The notes: a model not told the origin generated them from the letters alone. A stretch of 64,000 nucleotides of DNA from Haplodiscus bocki (GCA_965655095.1 OZ296658.1:17484001-17548000), one strand, 5' to 3'. Counted from the first letter of the stretch, positions 7,650 to 22,278 are shown. Translations and numbers: made by a program.

Positions 7650-10600
7650 AATATGTCATCCCAGCAAAATGATTGTCCACTACTTTTTCTGTTGGACGAC
7701 TGAAAAGGAATGCTCCCGGACAGGCTCACTCTGACGATTTCCTTTTATCGCTTACTGCTTTTTGGCTGAGAAAATCCAGTCAACGAACGTATGCTAGCTT
7801 GTTTTTCAACTGTAACAGTCTGTTTTCTGATCCTATTATTTCTCACCACAGTTCCTTTCTACGACAAAAGCTTGGCTCCTGGGCATGTTTAAACCGCCGA
7901 CTTCAGCGTTCCTTGGACTGTCCATAAAAACTGTGCTTTAACCAACAGCTAGGGGAGACTTCGACTTTACCTTTAAATTGTGTTCTATCACAAACGGAGC
8001 TCTCAGTAGAGTTTTTCGTTTGGCGGCAAAGCACTTCTCGCGAGAAGAATTAAAGTACCGACACCCTTTTATACCATAGCGCCATAAGGTACGGGGCTGT
8101 AATCAACTAGGTTACTGAAGCATAGCATTTGTTTTTGCCGACTGTGCCGTCGCATCAGGATTTCTCTCTGCGTTTTCTGAATTTACTAAAGTGGTGATGG
8201 TGCCGTTTAATCTGGAAGTGCCGATTGCCCCAAAGTCGGGACTGGTTGTAAGAAAGGAACTCCAGGCAACTGAGTTGACTTCAACTGAACTACAACTGTA
8301 CTTCTTCAGTTAATCACATGGGAAGTCGAATTATCGCGACGTTATTTGTGTTCAACGATAAAACAATTCTCTTTGAAGTCTGGAAGTGCCAAGTTCTGCA
8401 TATCCCATTTTGTGTATGGGTACACAGTTGAAAGCAACTTTTCAACTGGAGTTTGTCGTTTCACCTTCACAATATGTCATCCCAGCAAAATGATTGTCCA
8501 CTACTTTTTCTGTTGGACGACTGAAAAGGAATGCTCCCGGACAGGCTCACTCTGACGATTTCCTTTTATCGCATGCTGCTTTTTGGCTGAGAAAATCCAG
8601 TCAACGAACGTATGCTAGCTTGTTTTTCAACTGTAACAGTCTGTCTTCTGATCCTAATATTTCTCACCACAGTTCCTTTCTACGACAAAAGCTTGGCTCC
8701 TGGGCATGTTTGAACCGCCGACTTCAGCGTTCTTTGCACTGTCCATAAAAATTGTGCTTTAGCAAACTGAGCCACGGGAGACTTCGAGTTTACCTTTAGA
8801 TAGTGTTCTATCACAAACGGAGCTCTCAGTAGAGTTTTTTGTTTGGCGGCAAAGCACTTTTCGCGAGAAGAATTAAAGTAGTACCGACACCCTTTTATAC
8901 CATAGCGCCATAAAGTACGGGGCTGTAATCAACTGGGTTACTGAAACATAGCATTTGTTTTTGCAAACTGTGCCGTCGCATCAGGATTTCTCTCTGCGTT
9001 TCCTGACTTTACTAAAGTGGTGATGGTGCCGTTTAATCTGGAAGTGCCGATTGCCTCAAATTCGGGACTGGTTGTGAGAAAGGAACTCCAAGCAACTGAG
9101 TTGACTTCAACTGAACTACAACTGTACTTCTTCAGTTAATCACACGGGAAGTCGAATTATCGCGACGTTATTTGTGTTCAACGATAAAACAATTCTCTTT
9201 GAAGTCTGGAAGTGCCAAGTTCTGCATATCCCATTTTGTGTATGGGTACACAGTTGAAAGCAACTTTTCAACTGGAGTTTGTCGTTTCACCTTTACAGTA
9301 TGTCATCCCAGCAAAATGATTGTCCACTACTTTTTCTGTTGGACGACTGAAAAGGAATGCTCCCGGACAGGCTCACTCTGACGATTTCCTTTTATCGCAT
9401 ACTGCTTTTTGGCTGAGAAAATCCAGTCATTGAACGTATGCTAGCTTGTTTTTCAACTGTAACAGTCTGTCTTCTGATCCTAATATTTCTCACCACAGTT
9501 CCTTTCTACGACAAAAGCTTGGCTCCCGGGCATGTTTGAACCACCGACTTCAGCGTTCCTTGCACTGTCCAAAAAATTTGTGCTTTAGCAAACTGAGCCA
9601 CGGGAGACTTCCAGTTTACCTTTAGATAGTGTTTTATCACAAACGGAGCTCTCAGTAGAGTTTTTTGCTTGGCTGCAAAGCACTTCTCGCGAGAAGAATT
9701 AAAGTAGTACCGAAACCCTTTGATACCATAGCGCCATAAGGTACGGTGCTGTAATCAACTAGGTTACTGAACATAGCATTTGTTTTTGCAAACTGTGCCG
9801 TCGCATCAGGATTTCTCTCTGCGTTTTCTGACTTTACTAAAGTGGTGATGGTGCCGTTTAATCTGGAAGTGCCGATTGCCCCAAAGTCGGGACTGGTTGT
9901 AAGAAAGGAACTCGAATCAACTGAGTTGACTTCAACTGAACTACAACTGTACTTCTTCATTTAATCACACGGGAAGTCGAATTATCGCGACGTTATTTGT
10001 GTTCAACGATAAAACATTTCTCTGTGAAGTCTGAAAGTGCCAACTTCCGCATATCCCAAAATTTCTATTGGTACGCTGTTGGAAACAACTCTTCAACTGA
10101 ATTTTTCGTGTCACCATTACCATATATCATCCCAGCAAAAATGATTGTCCACTACTTTTTCTGTTGGACGACTGAAAAGGAATGCTCCCGGACAGGTTCA
10201 CTCTGACGATTTCCTTTTATCGCATACTGCTTTTTGGCTGAGAAAATCCAGTCAACGAACGTATGCTAGCTTGTTTTTCAACTGTAACAGTCTGTCTTCT
10301 GATCCTAAAATTTCTCAACACAGTTCATTTCTACGACAAAAGCTTGGCTCCTGGGCATGTTTGAACCACCGACTTCAGCGTTCCTTGCGCTGTCCATAAA
10401 ATTTGTGCTTTAGCAAACTGAGCCACGGGAGACTTCCAGTTTACCTTTAGATAGTGTTTTATCACAAACGGAGCTCTCAGTAGAGTTTTTTGTTTGGCTG
10501 CAAAGCACTTTTCGCGAGAAGAATTAAAGTAGTACCGAAACCCTTTGATACCATAGCGCCATAAGGTACGGTGCTGTAATCAACTAGGTTACTGAACATA

Positions 10601-13600
10601 GCATTTGTTTTTGCAAACTGTGCCGTCGCATCAGGATTTCTCTCTGCGTTTTCTGACTTTACTAAAGTGGTGATGGTGCCGTTTAATCTGGAAGTGCCGA
10701 TTGCCCCAAAGTCGGGACTGGTTGTAAGAAAGGAACTCGAATCAACTGAGTTGACTTCAACTGAACTACAACTGTACTTCTTCATTTAATTACACGGGAA
10801 GTCGAATTATCGCGACGTTATTTGTGTTCAACGATAAAACATTTCTCTGTGAAGTCTGGAAGTGCCAAGTTCTGCATATCCCATTTTGTGTATGGGTACA
10901 CAGTTGAAAGCAACTTTTCAACTGGAGTTTGTCGTTTCACCTTCACAATATGTCATCCCAGCAAATTGATTGTCCACTACTTTTTCTGTTGGACGACTGA
11001 AAAGGAATGCTCCCGGACAGGCTCACTTTGACGATTTCCTTTTATCGCATACTGCTTTTTGGCTGAGAAAATCCAGTCAACGAACGTATGCTAGCTTGTT
11101 TTTCAACTGTAACAGTCTGTCTTCTGATCCTAAAATTTCTCAACACAGTTCATTTCTACGACAAAAGCTTGGCTCCTGGGCATGTTTGAACCGCCGACTT
11201 CAGCGTTCCTTGCACTGTCCATAAAAACTGTGCTTTAACCACCAGGTACGGGAGACTTCGTCTTTACCTTTAAATTGTGTTCTATCACAAACGGAGCTCT
11301 CAGTAGAGTTTTTCGTTTGGCGGCAAAGCGCATCTCGCGAGAAGAATCAAAGTACCGACACCCTTTGATACCATAGCGCCATAAGGTACGGGGCTGTAAT
11401 CAACTAGGTTACTGAAGCATAGCATTTGTTTTTGCAAACTGTGCCGTCGCATCAGGATTTCTCTCTGCGTTTTCTGACTTTACTAAAGTGGTGATGGTGC
11501 TGTTGAATCTGGAAGTGCCGATTGCCCCAAAGTCGGGACTGGTTGTAAGAAAGGAACTCCAAGCAACTGAGTTGACTTCAATTGAACTACAACTGTACTT
11601 CTTCAGTTAATCACACGGGAAGTCGAATTATCGCGACGTTATTTGTGTTCAACGATAAAACATTTCTCTGTGAAGTCTGGAAGTGCCAAGTTCTGCATAT
11701 CCCATTTTGTGTATGGGTACACAGTTGAAAGCAACTTTTCAACTGGAGTTTGTCGTTTCACCTTCACAATATGTCATCCCAGCAAAATGATTGTCCACTA
11801 CTTTTTCTGTTGGACGACTGAAAAGGAATGCTCCCGGACAGGCTCACTTTGACGATTTCCTTTTATCGCATACTGCTTTTTGGCTGAGAAAATCCAGTCA
11901 ACGAACGTATGCTAGCTTGTTTTTCAACTGTAACAGTCTGTCTTCTGATCTTAATATTTCTCACCACAGTTCCTTTCTACGACAATAGCTTGGCTCCCGG
12001 GCATGTTTGAACCGCCGACTTCAGCGTTCTTTGCACTGTCCATAAAAAATGTGCTTTAGCCAATTGAGCTACGGGAGACTTCGATTTTACCTTTAGATAG
12101 TGTTCTGTCACAAACGGAGCTCTCAGTAGAGTTTTTTGTTTGGCGGCAAAGCGCTTTTCGCGAGAAGAATTAAAGTAGTACCGACACCCTTTGATACCAT
12201 AGCGCCATAAGGTACGGGGCTGTAATCAACTAGGTTACTGAAGCATAGCATTTGTTTTTGCAAACTGTGCCGTCGCATCAGGATTTCTCTCTGCGTTTTC
12301 TGACTTTACTAAAGTGGTGATGGTGCTGTTGAATCTGGAAGTGCCGATTGCCCCAAAGTCGGGACTGGTTGTAAGAAAGGAACTCCAAGCAACTGAGTTG
12401 ACTTCAATTGAACTACAGCTGTACTTCTTCAGTTAATCACACGGGAAGTCGAATTATCGCGACGTTATTTGTGTTCAACGATAAAACATTTCTCTGTGAA
12501 GTCTGGAAGTGCCAAGTTCTGCATATCCCATTTTGTGTATGGGTACACAGTTGAAAGCAACTTTTCAACTGGAGTTTGTCGTTTCACCTTCACAATATGT
12601 CATCCCAGCAAAATGATTGTCCACTACTTTTTCTGTTGGACGACTGAAAAGGAATGCTCCCGGACAGGCTCACTTTGACGATTTCCTTTTATCGCATACT
12701 GCTTTTTGGCTGAGAAAATCCAGTCAACGAACGTATGCTAGCTTGTTTTTCAACTGTAACAGTCTGTCTTCTGATCCTAATATTTCTCACCACAGTTCCT
12801 TTCTACGACAAAAGCTTGGCTCCTGGGCATGTTTGAACCGCCGACTTCAGCGTTCCTTGCACTGTCCATAAAAACTGTGCTTTAGCAAACTGAGCTACGG
12901 GAGACTTCGACTTTTCCTTTAAATTGTGTTCTATCACAAACGGAGCTCTCAGTAGAGTTTTTCGTTTGGCGGCAAAGCACATCTCGCGAGAAGAATTAAA
13001 GTACCGACACTCTTTTATACCATAGCGCCATAAGGTACGGGGCTGTAATCAACTAGGTTACTGAAACATAGCATTTGTTTTTGCAAACTGTGCCGTCGCA
13101 TCAGGGTTTCACACTGCGTTTTTTTGACTCTACTATAGTGGTGATGGTGACGTTTAATCTGGAAGTGCCGATTACCCCATGTTCGGGACTGGCTGTAAGA
13201 AAGGAATTCCGGGCAACTGAGTTGACTTCAACTGAACTACAACTGTACTTCTTCAGTTAATCACCAGGGAAGTCGAATTATCGCTACTTTTTTTGTGTTC
13301 AACAGGAAAGCAATTCTCTGTGAAGTCTGAAAGTGCCAACTTCCGCATATCCCAAAATTTCTATTGGTACGCTGTTGGAAACAACTCTTCAACTGAATTT
13401 TTCGTGTCACCTTTACAATATGTCATCCCAGCAAATTGATTGTCCACTACTTTTTCTGTTGGACGACTGAAAAGGAATGCTCCCGGACAGGCTCACTTTG
13501 ACGATTTCCTTTTATCGCATACTGCTTTTTGGCTGAGAAAATCCAGTCAACGAACGTATGCTAGCTTGTTTTTCAACTGTAACAGTCGGTCTTCTGATCC

Positions 13601-15060
13601 TAATATTTCTCACCACAGTTCCTTTCTACGACAAAAGCTTGGCTCCTGGGCATGTTTGAACCGCCGACTTCAGCGTTCCTTGCACTGTCCATAAAAACTG
13701 TGCTTTAGCAAACTGAGCTACGGGAGACTTCGACTTTTCCTTTAAATTGTGTTCTATCACAAACGGAGCTCTCAGTAGAGTTTTTCGTTTGGCGGCAAAG
13801 CGCATCTCGCGAGAAGAATCAAAGTACCGACACCCTTTTATACCATAGCGCCATAGGGTACGGGGCTGCAATCAACTAGGTTACTGAAACATAGCATTTG
13901 TTTTTGCAAACTGTGCCGTCGCATCAGGGTTTCACACTGCGTTTTCTGACTCTACGAAAGTGGTGATGGTGACGTTTAATCTGGAAGTGCCGATTACCCC
14001 ATGTTCGGGACTGGCTGTAAGAAAGGAATTCCGGGCAACTGAGTTGACTTCAACTGAACTACAACTGTACTTCTTCAGTTAATCACCAGGGAAGTCGAAT
14101 TATCGCTACTTTTTTTGTGTTCAACAGGAAAGCAATTCTCTGTGAAGTCTGAAAGTGCCAACTTCCGCATATCCCAAAATTTCTATTGGTACGCTGTTGG
14201 AAACAACTCTTCAACTGAATTTTTCGTGTCACCATTACCATATATCATCCCAGCAAAAATGATTGTCCACTACTTTTTCTGTTGGACGAAAGAAAAGGAA
14301 TGCTCCCGGACATGCGCACTCTGTCGATTTCCTTTTAACGCAAACTGCCCATTGGTTCAGAAGATCTAACCAACGAAGGTATGCTAGCTTGTTTTTCAAC
14401 TGTAATAATCTGTCTTCTGATCGTAATATATCTTACCACAGTTTCTTTCTACTACAAAAGCTTGGCTCCTGGGCATGTTTTAACCGCCGACTTCAGCGTT
14501 CTTTGCACTGTCCATAAAAAATGTGCTTTAGCCAACTGAGCTACGGGAGACTTCGAGTTTACCTTTAGGTAGTGTTCTATCACAAACGGAGCTCTCAGTA
14601 TAGTTTTTCGTTTGGCGGCAAAGCACTTCTCGCGAGAAGAATTAAAGTACCGACACCCTTTTATACCATAGTGCCATAAGGTACGGGGCTGTAATCAACT
14701 GAGTTGCTGAAACATGGCATTTGTGTCCTGCAAACTGTGCCACTGCATCAGGATTTTTCTCTCCGTTTTCTGACCTTACTAAAGTGGTGATGGTGCCGTT
14801 CAGTCTGGAAGTGCCGATTGCCCCAAATGCGGGACTGGTTGTAAGAAAGGAAATACAAGCAACTGAGTTGCATTCAACTGAACTACAACTGTACTTCTTC
14901 AGTTAATCACACGGGAAGTCGAATTATCGCTACGTTTTTTGTGTTCAACAGGAAAGCAGTTCTCTGTGAAGTCTGGAAGTGCCAACTTGCGCATATCCCA
15001 TACAGTCTGAGTACGCTGTTGAAAGCAAGTCTTCCACCCGATTTCATCGTGTCACCTTTA
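7650..15060 (-). repeat. Domain A: nine ~821-826-bp pentameric monomers, all tRNA subunits degenerate
   Basis: Equivalent positions at 7673, 8494, 9320, 10145, 10970, 11791, 12617, 13440 and 14263. The best subunit keeps GGTTCAAAC in most copies but has disrupted acceptor and anticodon arms. Confidence 0.92.
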
Positions 15061-18000
15061 CAGTATGTCATCACCGCAAATAGGTTCTGCACGACCTTTT
15101 CTGTTGGACAGATAAAAAGTAATGCTCCAGGACAGACGCACTCTGTCGGTTTCCTTTTATCGCAAACTGTTTTTTGGTTCGGAAGATCTAATCAACGAAG
15201 GTATGCTAGCTTGTTTTTCAACTGTAACAGTCTGTCTCTTGATCATAACATTTCTCGCCACAGTTTCTTTCTACGAAAATCTGTGGCTCCTGGACAGGTT
15301 CGAACTGCCGACTTCAGCATTACCTGTACTGTCTATATGTGGGATGCTGGAACCAACTGAGTTACGGGAGATTTCAATTTCACCTCCCTTTCTGTTCTGT
15401 CGCAAACGGAGTTCTTAATAGAGACTTTTGTTGGGCAGCAAAGCACTTCTCGCGGGAGGAATTGAAGTACCGACATCCACATTTACCATTGTGCTAGAAC
15501 GAATGGCGCTGTAACCAACTGAGCTACTGAATCGTAGCGTGTGTTTTCTACAAACTGTGCCATCGCATCAGGGTTTTCTCTATGTTTCCTTGCTTTACTA
15601 AAAAGGTGATGGTGCCGGTCAATTTGGAAAAACAAATTATCCCAAATTCCGAACTGTCCGTAAGTTAAAAGTTTAATTCAATTGAGTTGAGTTCAAGTGG
15701 ACCATAATCCTACTTGTGCACTCAAACAAATCGGAAGTCTAACTATCACTCGGTTTTTTGTGCCGAACGGGAAAACAATTCTGACAAGAAGTAGTGAATT
15801 GCCAACTGCGGCACCTCTCAAACTGTCTATCGTTACGCCGTTGCATCCGTGTCTTCTACTGGAGGTTATTGTGTAAGGTTTAGAATCTGTCACTCTCTAA
15901 AAGCATCTTCCATTACCTGTTCTTTTCGGTGAATAAAAGGTGTTGCCCCCAGTAAGGCTGATCCTGTCGATTTCCTTTCATCGTGTACTGCCTATTGGTA
16001 CGAAAGATCCGACCAACGAGGGTACGCTATCTTTTTTCAACTGATACACTCTGTCCCTTGCTTATCACATTTCTCACCACAGTTTCTTCCTTCACAAAAA
16101 GTGTTGCTCCCGGGCAGGTTTACCGACTTCCGCATATCTTGTAATGTCTAAATGAGCGATGCTTTAACTCTTTAGGCTCGGGAAGATTTGAAAAGTTTCT
16201 CTTCCTTGTGTCCTCCATTTCCTTGTATGTTCGGTAACCGAAAGGTGTTGTCCTGGTCCGGCCGACCTTGCCGACTTCCTTTCATCGCATACTGCCTATT
16301 GACTGGTGCGAAAATCCGACCAACGGGGGTACGCCAGCTTTTTTCAATTTTAACAGTGTCCCTGATTATCACATTTCTCACCACAGTTACTTCATTTGGA
16401 AAAGTGTTGCTCCTGGACAGATTCGAACTGCTAAATTCCGCATACCTTGTACTGTCGATAACTACGGTTCTTTGACCTACTGAGCTATGGGAGCGTGGAC
16501 AGTTATCCCTACTTTGTGTTCTATGCGAAACGAAGTTCTCTGTAGACTTTTCTGTTTGCCGATGAAGTACTTCTCTTGAGAAGAATCGAAGTATTGACAT
16601 CCACATATACCATACTGCCGATAGGTAAAGCGCTGTAATGAACTGAGCAAACGAAACGTACGGCTTTTTCTACAAGCGGCCATCGCATCAGGATTTTCCT
16701 CTACGTTTTCTGGCTTGTCTAAAAAGGTTATGGTGCCGGTCAATCTGAACGTGCTGATTGTCCCAAATTCGGAACTGTCTGTAAGTAAAGAGCTTAATGC
16801 AATTGGGATGAGTTCAACTGGACCGCAACCCTACTTTTACATCCAGTCAAATTGGAGTTCTAACTATCGCTCGGTTTTTTGTTCTGAACGGGAAAACAAT
16901 TCTGACTGTTTTCGCAGAGAGATCGCAAATTGCCAACTTTGACACATCTCAAACTGTCTATCGGTACGCCAATGTATGCTAGTGTTCAATTGGAGGTTGA
17001 TGTGTGACCTGTAGAACCTGTTACGCGTTAAATGATTCTTACATTAAATTATCTGTTCTTCAACCGAATAGGATTTCTCCGGGATGGCTCAAAATGTCAA
17101 GTTCTTTCTGTCTCAGACTGCCTTTTGGAACGGGGATCTCACCAATGGAGCTATGGAGGCTCCACATTTAATTGTTACTTTCTATCTCTTCATTGTCACA
17201 AATCTTATAACAGTTTAAGTGTTGTTTTCAGAAGGTGATGCTTTCAGGCACGCTCGAATTGCCAACTTCAGCATGGTTCAAATTGTCTATCGTTACGCTG
17301 TCGCATGCGACTCTTCAACTGGAGGTTGATGTGTAACGTTTAGAATCTGTCACACTGCGAAGACGTCCTCCATTTCCTTCTATGTTCGGTAACTGGAAGG
17401 TGTTGTCCTGGTCCGACTGACCGTGCCGATTTCCTTTCATCGCATACTGCCTATTGACTGGTGCGAAAATCCGACCAACGGGGGTACGCTAGTTGTTTTC
17501 AACGGTTACAGTCTGTCACCTGATTATCACATTTCTCACCACAGTTCTTTTCATCACAAAAAGTGTTGCTCCCGGGCTTGTTCGAACTGTCGACTTAAGC
17601 TTATGCTGTTTTGTCTATAAGTACGGCGCTCTAAGCAACTGAGTTACTGGAGCTTGGCATGATATCCTTACAATAAGTTCTCTCGCGTTTGAAATTGTCA
17701 CTAAAGTTTCTGTGCTTAGTGATGAAGCACAGCGTTAAAAAATTTATCACGGAAAAGCTAAAACGGCCGAAATCCGCCTCTACTACCTCTACTATATTGC
17801 ACATCTTAGACTGTCTATAGGTACACCGTTGTATGCGAGTCTTCAACTGCAGGTTGACATGTAACGTTTAGAATCTGTCGCACTGCGAAAACGTCCTCCA
17901 TTTCCTTGTATGTTCGGTAACCGAAAGGTGTTGTCCTGGTCCGGCCGACCTTGCCGACTTCCTTTCATCGCATACTGCCTATTGACTGGTGCGAAAATCC

Positions 18001-21000
18001 GACCAACGGGGGTACGCCAGCTTTTTTCAATTTTAACAGTGTCCCTGATTATCACATTTCTCACCACAGTTACTTCATTTGGAAAAGTGTTGCTCCTGGA
18101 CAGATTCGAACTGCTAAATTCCGCATACCTTGTACTGTCGATAACTACGGTTCTTTGACCTACTGAGCTATGGGAGCGTGGACAGTTATCCCTACTTTGT
18201 GTTCTATGCGAAACGAAGTTCTCTGTAGACTTTTCTGTTTGCCGATGAAGTACTTCTCTTGAGAAGAATCGAAGTATTGACATCCACATATACCATACTG
18301 CCGATAGGTAAAGCGCTGTAATGAACTGAGCAAACGAAACGTACGGCTTTTTCTACAAGCGGCCATCGCATCAGGATTTTCCTCTACGTTTTCTGGCTTG
18401 TCTAAAAAGGTTATGGTGCCGGTCAATCTGAACGTGCTGATTGTCCCAAATTCGGAACTGTTTGTAAGTAAGGAGTGTTATACAACTGATTTGAGTTCAA
18501 GTGGAATACAATCCGACTTTTACATTTAGTCAAATCGGAAGTATAACTATCGTTGGGTTTTTCGTGCTGAATAGGAAAACAATTCTCTCAAGAAGTCGCT
18601 AAGTGCCAACTTCTGAACATCTCAAACTGTGTATAGGTACGCCGTTGTATGCGAGTCTTCAACTGTGGGTTCACGTGTCTTGTTTAGAATCTGTCATACT
18701 GCGAAAACATCTTCCCTTAGCTTTTCTCTTCGGTAACCGAAAAGTTTTGCCCCCGGTCAGTGTAACCCTGTCGATCCCCTCCCATCGCATACTGCCTGTT
18801 CATTGGTACGGAAGATCCGACCAACGAGGGTATGCTAGCTTTTAACGATTACAGTCTGTCCCTTGATTATCACCACAGTTTTCTCCACAAAAAATGTTGC
18901 TCCAGGGCAAGTTCGAACTTCCAACATCTGCTTTTGTTGTAATATGTATTAGTGCAATGCTCGAACCAACTTAGCTACGTTAGCTTGAAAAGTTTCCTTT
19001 GTTTGATTGTTCTTCCACGAAGCGAGTTCTGAAAAGAGTTTTTTTGTTTGGCAGCAAAGCACTTCTCGCGAGAAAAATCGAAGTACCGACATCCACATAC
19101 ACCATACCGCCCATAGGTACGGGGCTGTAATCAACTGAGCTACTGAATTATAAAGTGTGTTTTCCATAAACTGTACCACCGAATCAGGGTTTTTTTCTAC
19201 ATTTTCAACTTTACTAAAAAAGTAATGGTCCCGGTCAGTCTGGAAGTGCCGCTTCCCCTTAACCGGAACTGTTTTTAACTGAGTAGCTCTAAATTATGAG
19301 TTGACTTCAACAGAGCTACAACTGTACTTGTGCAGTAAGTCCCAAGGGAAGTCTAATTATCGCTACGTTCTTTGCGTTGAATGGGCAAACCATTCTCAGG
19401 AGAAGTCTCGCATTGCCCTTTTCCGCATATCACTTACTGACTAGCGTTAAGCCGTTGGAAGAAATTTTTCAATTGGAAGTTGACGTGAAACTCTTACAAT
19501 CTGTCAAACCCGAGGCGGTATTCCCCTAGTTTGTCTGTTCGGTAACCGAAAAAGAGTGCCGCCGGACGTGCTCCAAACTGCCGAGTTCCTTCAATCCAAA
19601 TACCCTACTGTTACGCGGGATCTAGCCAACGGAGCTGCGCAAGCTTGTTTTGTTAACTGTTACAATCTGTTTCTTGAATATTCCATTCCACATCACCGTT
19701 TCATCAAAAAAAGCATTACTCCCGGGCAGGATCGAGCTGCCGACTTCCGCATATTTTGTGCTGTCTATAAGTACGGTGCTCTCACCAAATGAGCTACGGG
19801 AGCTTGGGAAAGTTTTCTCTACTTTGTGTTCTATCAGAAACGGAGTCCTCAGTAGATTTTTCTGTTTGGTCGTAAAACACACCTCTGGAGAAGAATTGAA
19901 GTACTGGCATCCGCATATACCATACTGCCATTGGGTACGGTGCTGTAATCAACTGAGCTGTCTAAAAATAACGTGTTTTTTGCAAGCGGAAATTCCATCT
20001 GGATTTTCCTCCAGGTTTTCGGACTTCTCTAAAAAGATAATGGTGCCGGTGAATCTGACAGTGCCGATTATCCCAAGTTCGGCACTATCTGTAACTAAGG
20101 ATTTTAATACAAGTTAATTAGGTTCGAGTGGACCACAACTCTATTTTACATTTAGTCAAATAGTAAGTATAACTACCGTTAGGTTTTTCGTGCTGAAAAG
20201 GAGAGCAAATCTCACAAGTGGTCGCAAAGTGCGAACTTCTGCACATCTCACACTGTCTATAGGTAAGCCGTTGTATTCGAGTCTTCAGCTGTAGGTTGAC
20301 GTGTAACGTTTAGAATCTGTCACACTGCGAAGACGTCCTCCATTTCCTTCTATGTTCGGTAACTGGAAGGTGTTGTCCTGGTCCGACTGACCGTGCCGAT
20401 TTCCTTTCATCGCATACTGCCTATTGACTGGTGCGAAAATCCGACCAACGGGGGTACGCTAGTTGTTTTCAACGGTTACAGTCTGTCCCTTCACAATCAC
20501 TTTTCTCACGACAGTTTCCTCCTTGACAAAAAATAGTTGCTCCCGGACAGGTTCGAACTTCCTACATCTGCATTTGTTGTACTGTCTATAATTGTGATGC
20601 TCTAACCAACTGAGCTGGGGAGCTTGAAAAGTTTCCTTCAAGCTATGTTTCTTCGCATATTAAGTTCTCAATAGAGTTTTTTTTTGTTTGGCAGCAAAGC
20701 ACTTCTCGCGAGAAAAATCGAAGTACCGACATCCACTTATACCATACTGCCCTTAGGTACGGGGCTGTAATCCACTGAGCTATTGAAAAATAGCGTGTGT
20801 TTTCCACAAACTGTACCTTCGCATCAGGGTTTTTCTCCAGGTTTTCAATTTTATCAAAAAGTTGACGGTCTCGGTCAGTCTGGAAGTGCCGATTGCCCTA
20901 AACCGGAATTGTCTTTAACTTAGGAGCTGTAAGTTATGAGTTGACTTCAACTACGCTACAACTGTACTTGTGCAGTTAGTCACAACGGATGTGTAATTAT

Positions 21001-22150
21001 CGCTACGTTTTTTGCGTTGAAAAGGAAAACAATTCTCAGTGGAAGTCTCGCAGTCTGTTTTCGCGCAGATCTGATACTGTCTAGCGGTACGCCGTTGTAA
21101 GAAATTCTCCAGATGGAGGTTGAGGTAAAACTCTTACAATCTGTGAAACCCGAGGGGATTTTTCACTATTTTGTCTGTTCGTTAACCGAAAAAGAATGCT
21201 GCCGGACGGGCACCAAACTGCCGAGTTCCTTCTATCCAAATACTCTATTATTACGCGGGATCTAACCAGCGGAGCTTCGCAAGCTTGTTTTGCTAACTGT
21301 TACACTCCGTTTCCTGATTATTCCCTTTCTCATACACAGTTTCTTCGAAGTTTTACTACCGGGCAGGTGCGAAATGGCGTCTACCGCATATCTTGTAATG
21401 TCTATAACTACGGTGCTCTAACCAACTGAGCTACGAGAGCTCGGATTTTTTCTCTATTTTGTCTTCTCTCGGATCTCGCAAACGGAGTTCTCACTAGACT
21501 TTTTCTGTTTGGTATGGAGAACTTCTGTCGAGAAGAATCGAAGTATTGACATCCACATATACCATACTGCCAATTTGCAAGGGGCTGTAATGAGCTTAGC
21601 TATTGAAAAACGACGTGTGTTTTTTTACAAGTGGCCATTGGATTTAGATTTTTCTATACCTTTTCTGACTTGCCTAAAAATGTAATGGTTCCGGTCAAGC
21701 TGAAGGTGCCAGTTGTCCCAAAATGGGGTACTGTCTGTATGTAAGTAGTTTTATACAAGTGTTTTGAGTTCAATTGGAGCACAACCCTACATTCATATTT
21801 AGTCAAATCGGAAGTAAAACTATCTAACTATCGCTAGGTTTTTTGTGCTGAATAGGAAAACAATTCTTGAAAGTAGTCGCGAAGTGCCAACTTCTGCACA
21901 TCTCAGACTGTCTATAGCTACACCGTTGTATGCGAGTCTTCAACTGCAGGTTGACGTGTAACGTTTAGAATCTGTCACACTGCGAAGACGTCCTCCATTT
22001 CCTTCTATGTTCGGTAACTGGAAGGTGTTGTCCTGGTCCGACTGACCTTGCCGATTTCCTTTCATCGCATACTGCCTATGGACTGGTGCGAAAATCTGAC
22101 CAACGGGGTTACGCTAGCTGTTTTCAACGGTTACAGTCTGTCACCTGATT
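15061..22150 (-). repeat. Domain B: diverged, rearranged mosaic of subunit types (boundaries approximate)
   Basis: Irregular subunit order and fusion junctions (e.g. ~16210). A ~570-bp duplication of 16211-16778 recurs at offset 1683, and a foreign 67-bp filler sits at 17731-17797. Confidence 0.8.
19717..19803 (-). pseudogene. tRNA-Ile(UAU)-like copy with stems intact but T54C and D-loop changes
   Basis: GCTCCCG TA GCTC ATTTGGTGA GAGC A CCGTA CTTATA [13 nt] A TGCGG AAGTC GGCAG CTCGATC CTGCC CGGGAGT A. Confidence 0.7.
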
Positions 22151-22191
22151 ATCACATTTCTCACCACAAATCCTTTCATCACAAAAAGTGT

Positions 22192-22278
22192 TGCTCCCGG
22201 TCATGTTCGAACTGTCGACTTCCGCATATCTCGTACTGTCTATAAGTACGGTGCTCTAACCAACTGAGCTACGGGAGC
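22192..22278 (-). pseudogene. tRNA-Ile(UAU) pseudogene with a broken T-stem
   Basis: T-stem GACAG/ATGAC has two mismatches; the rest matches the intact gene. Confidence 0.8.
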
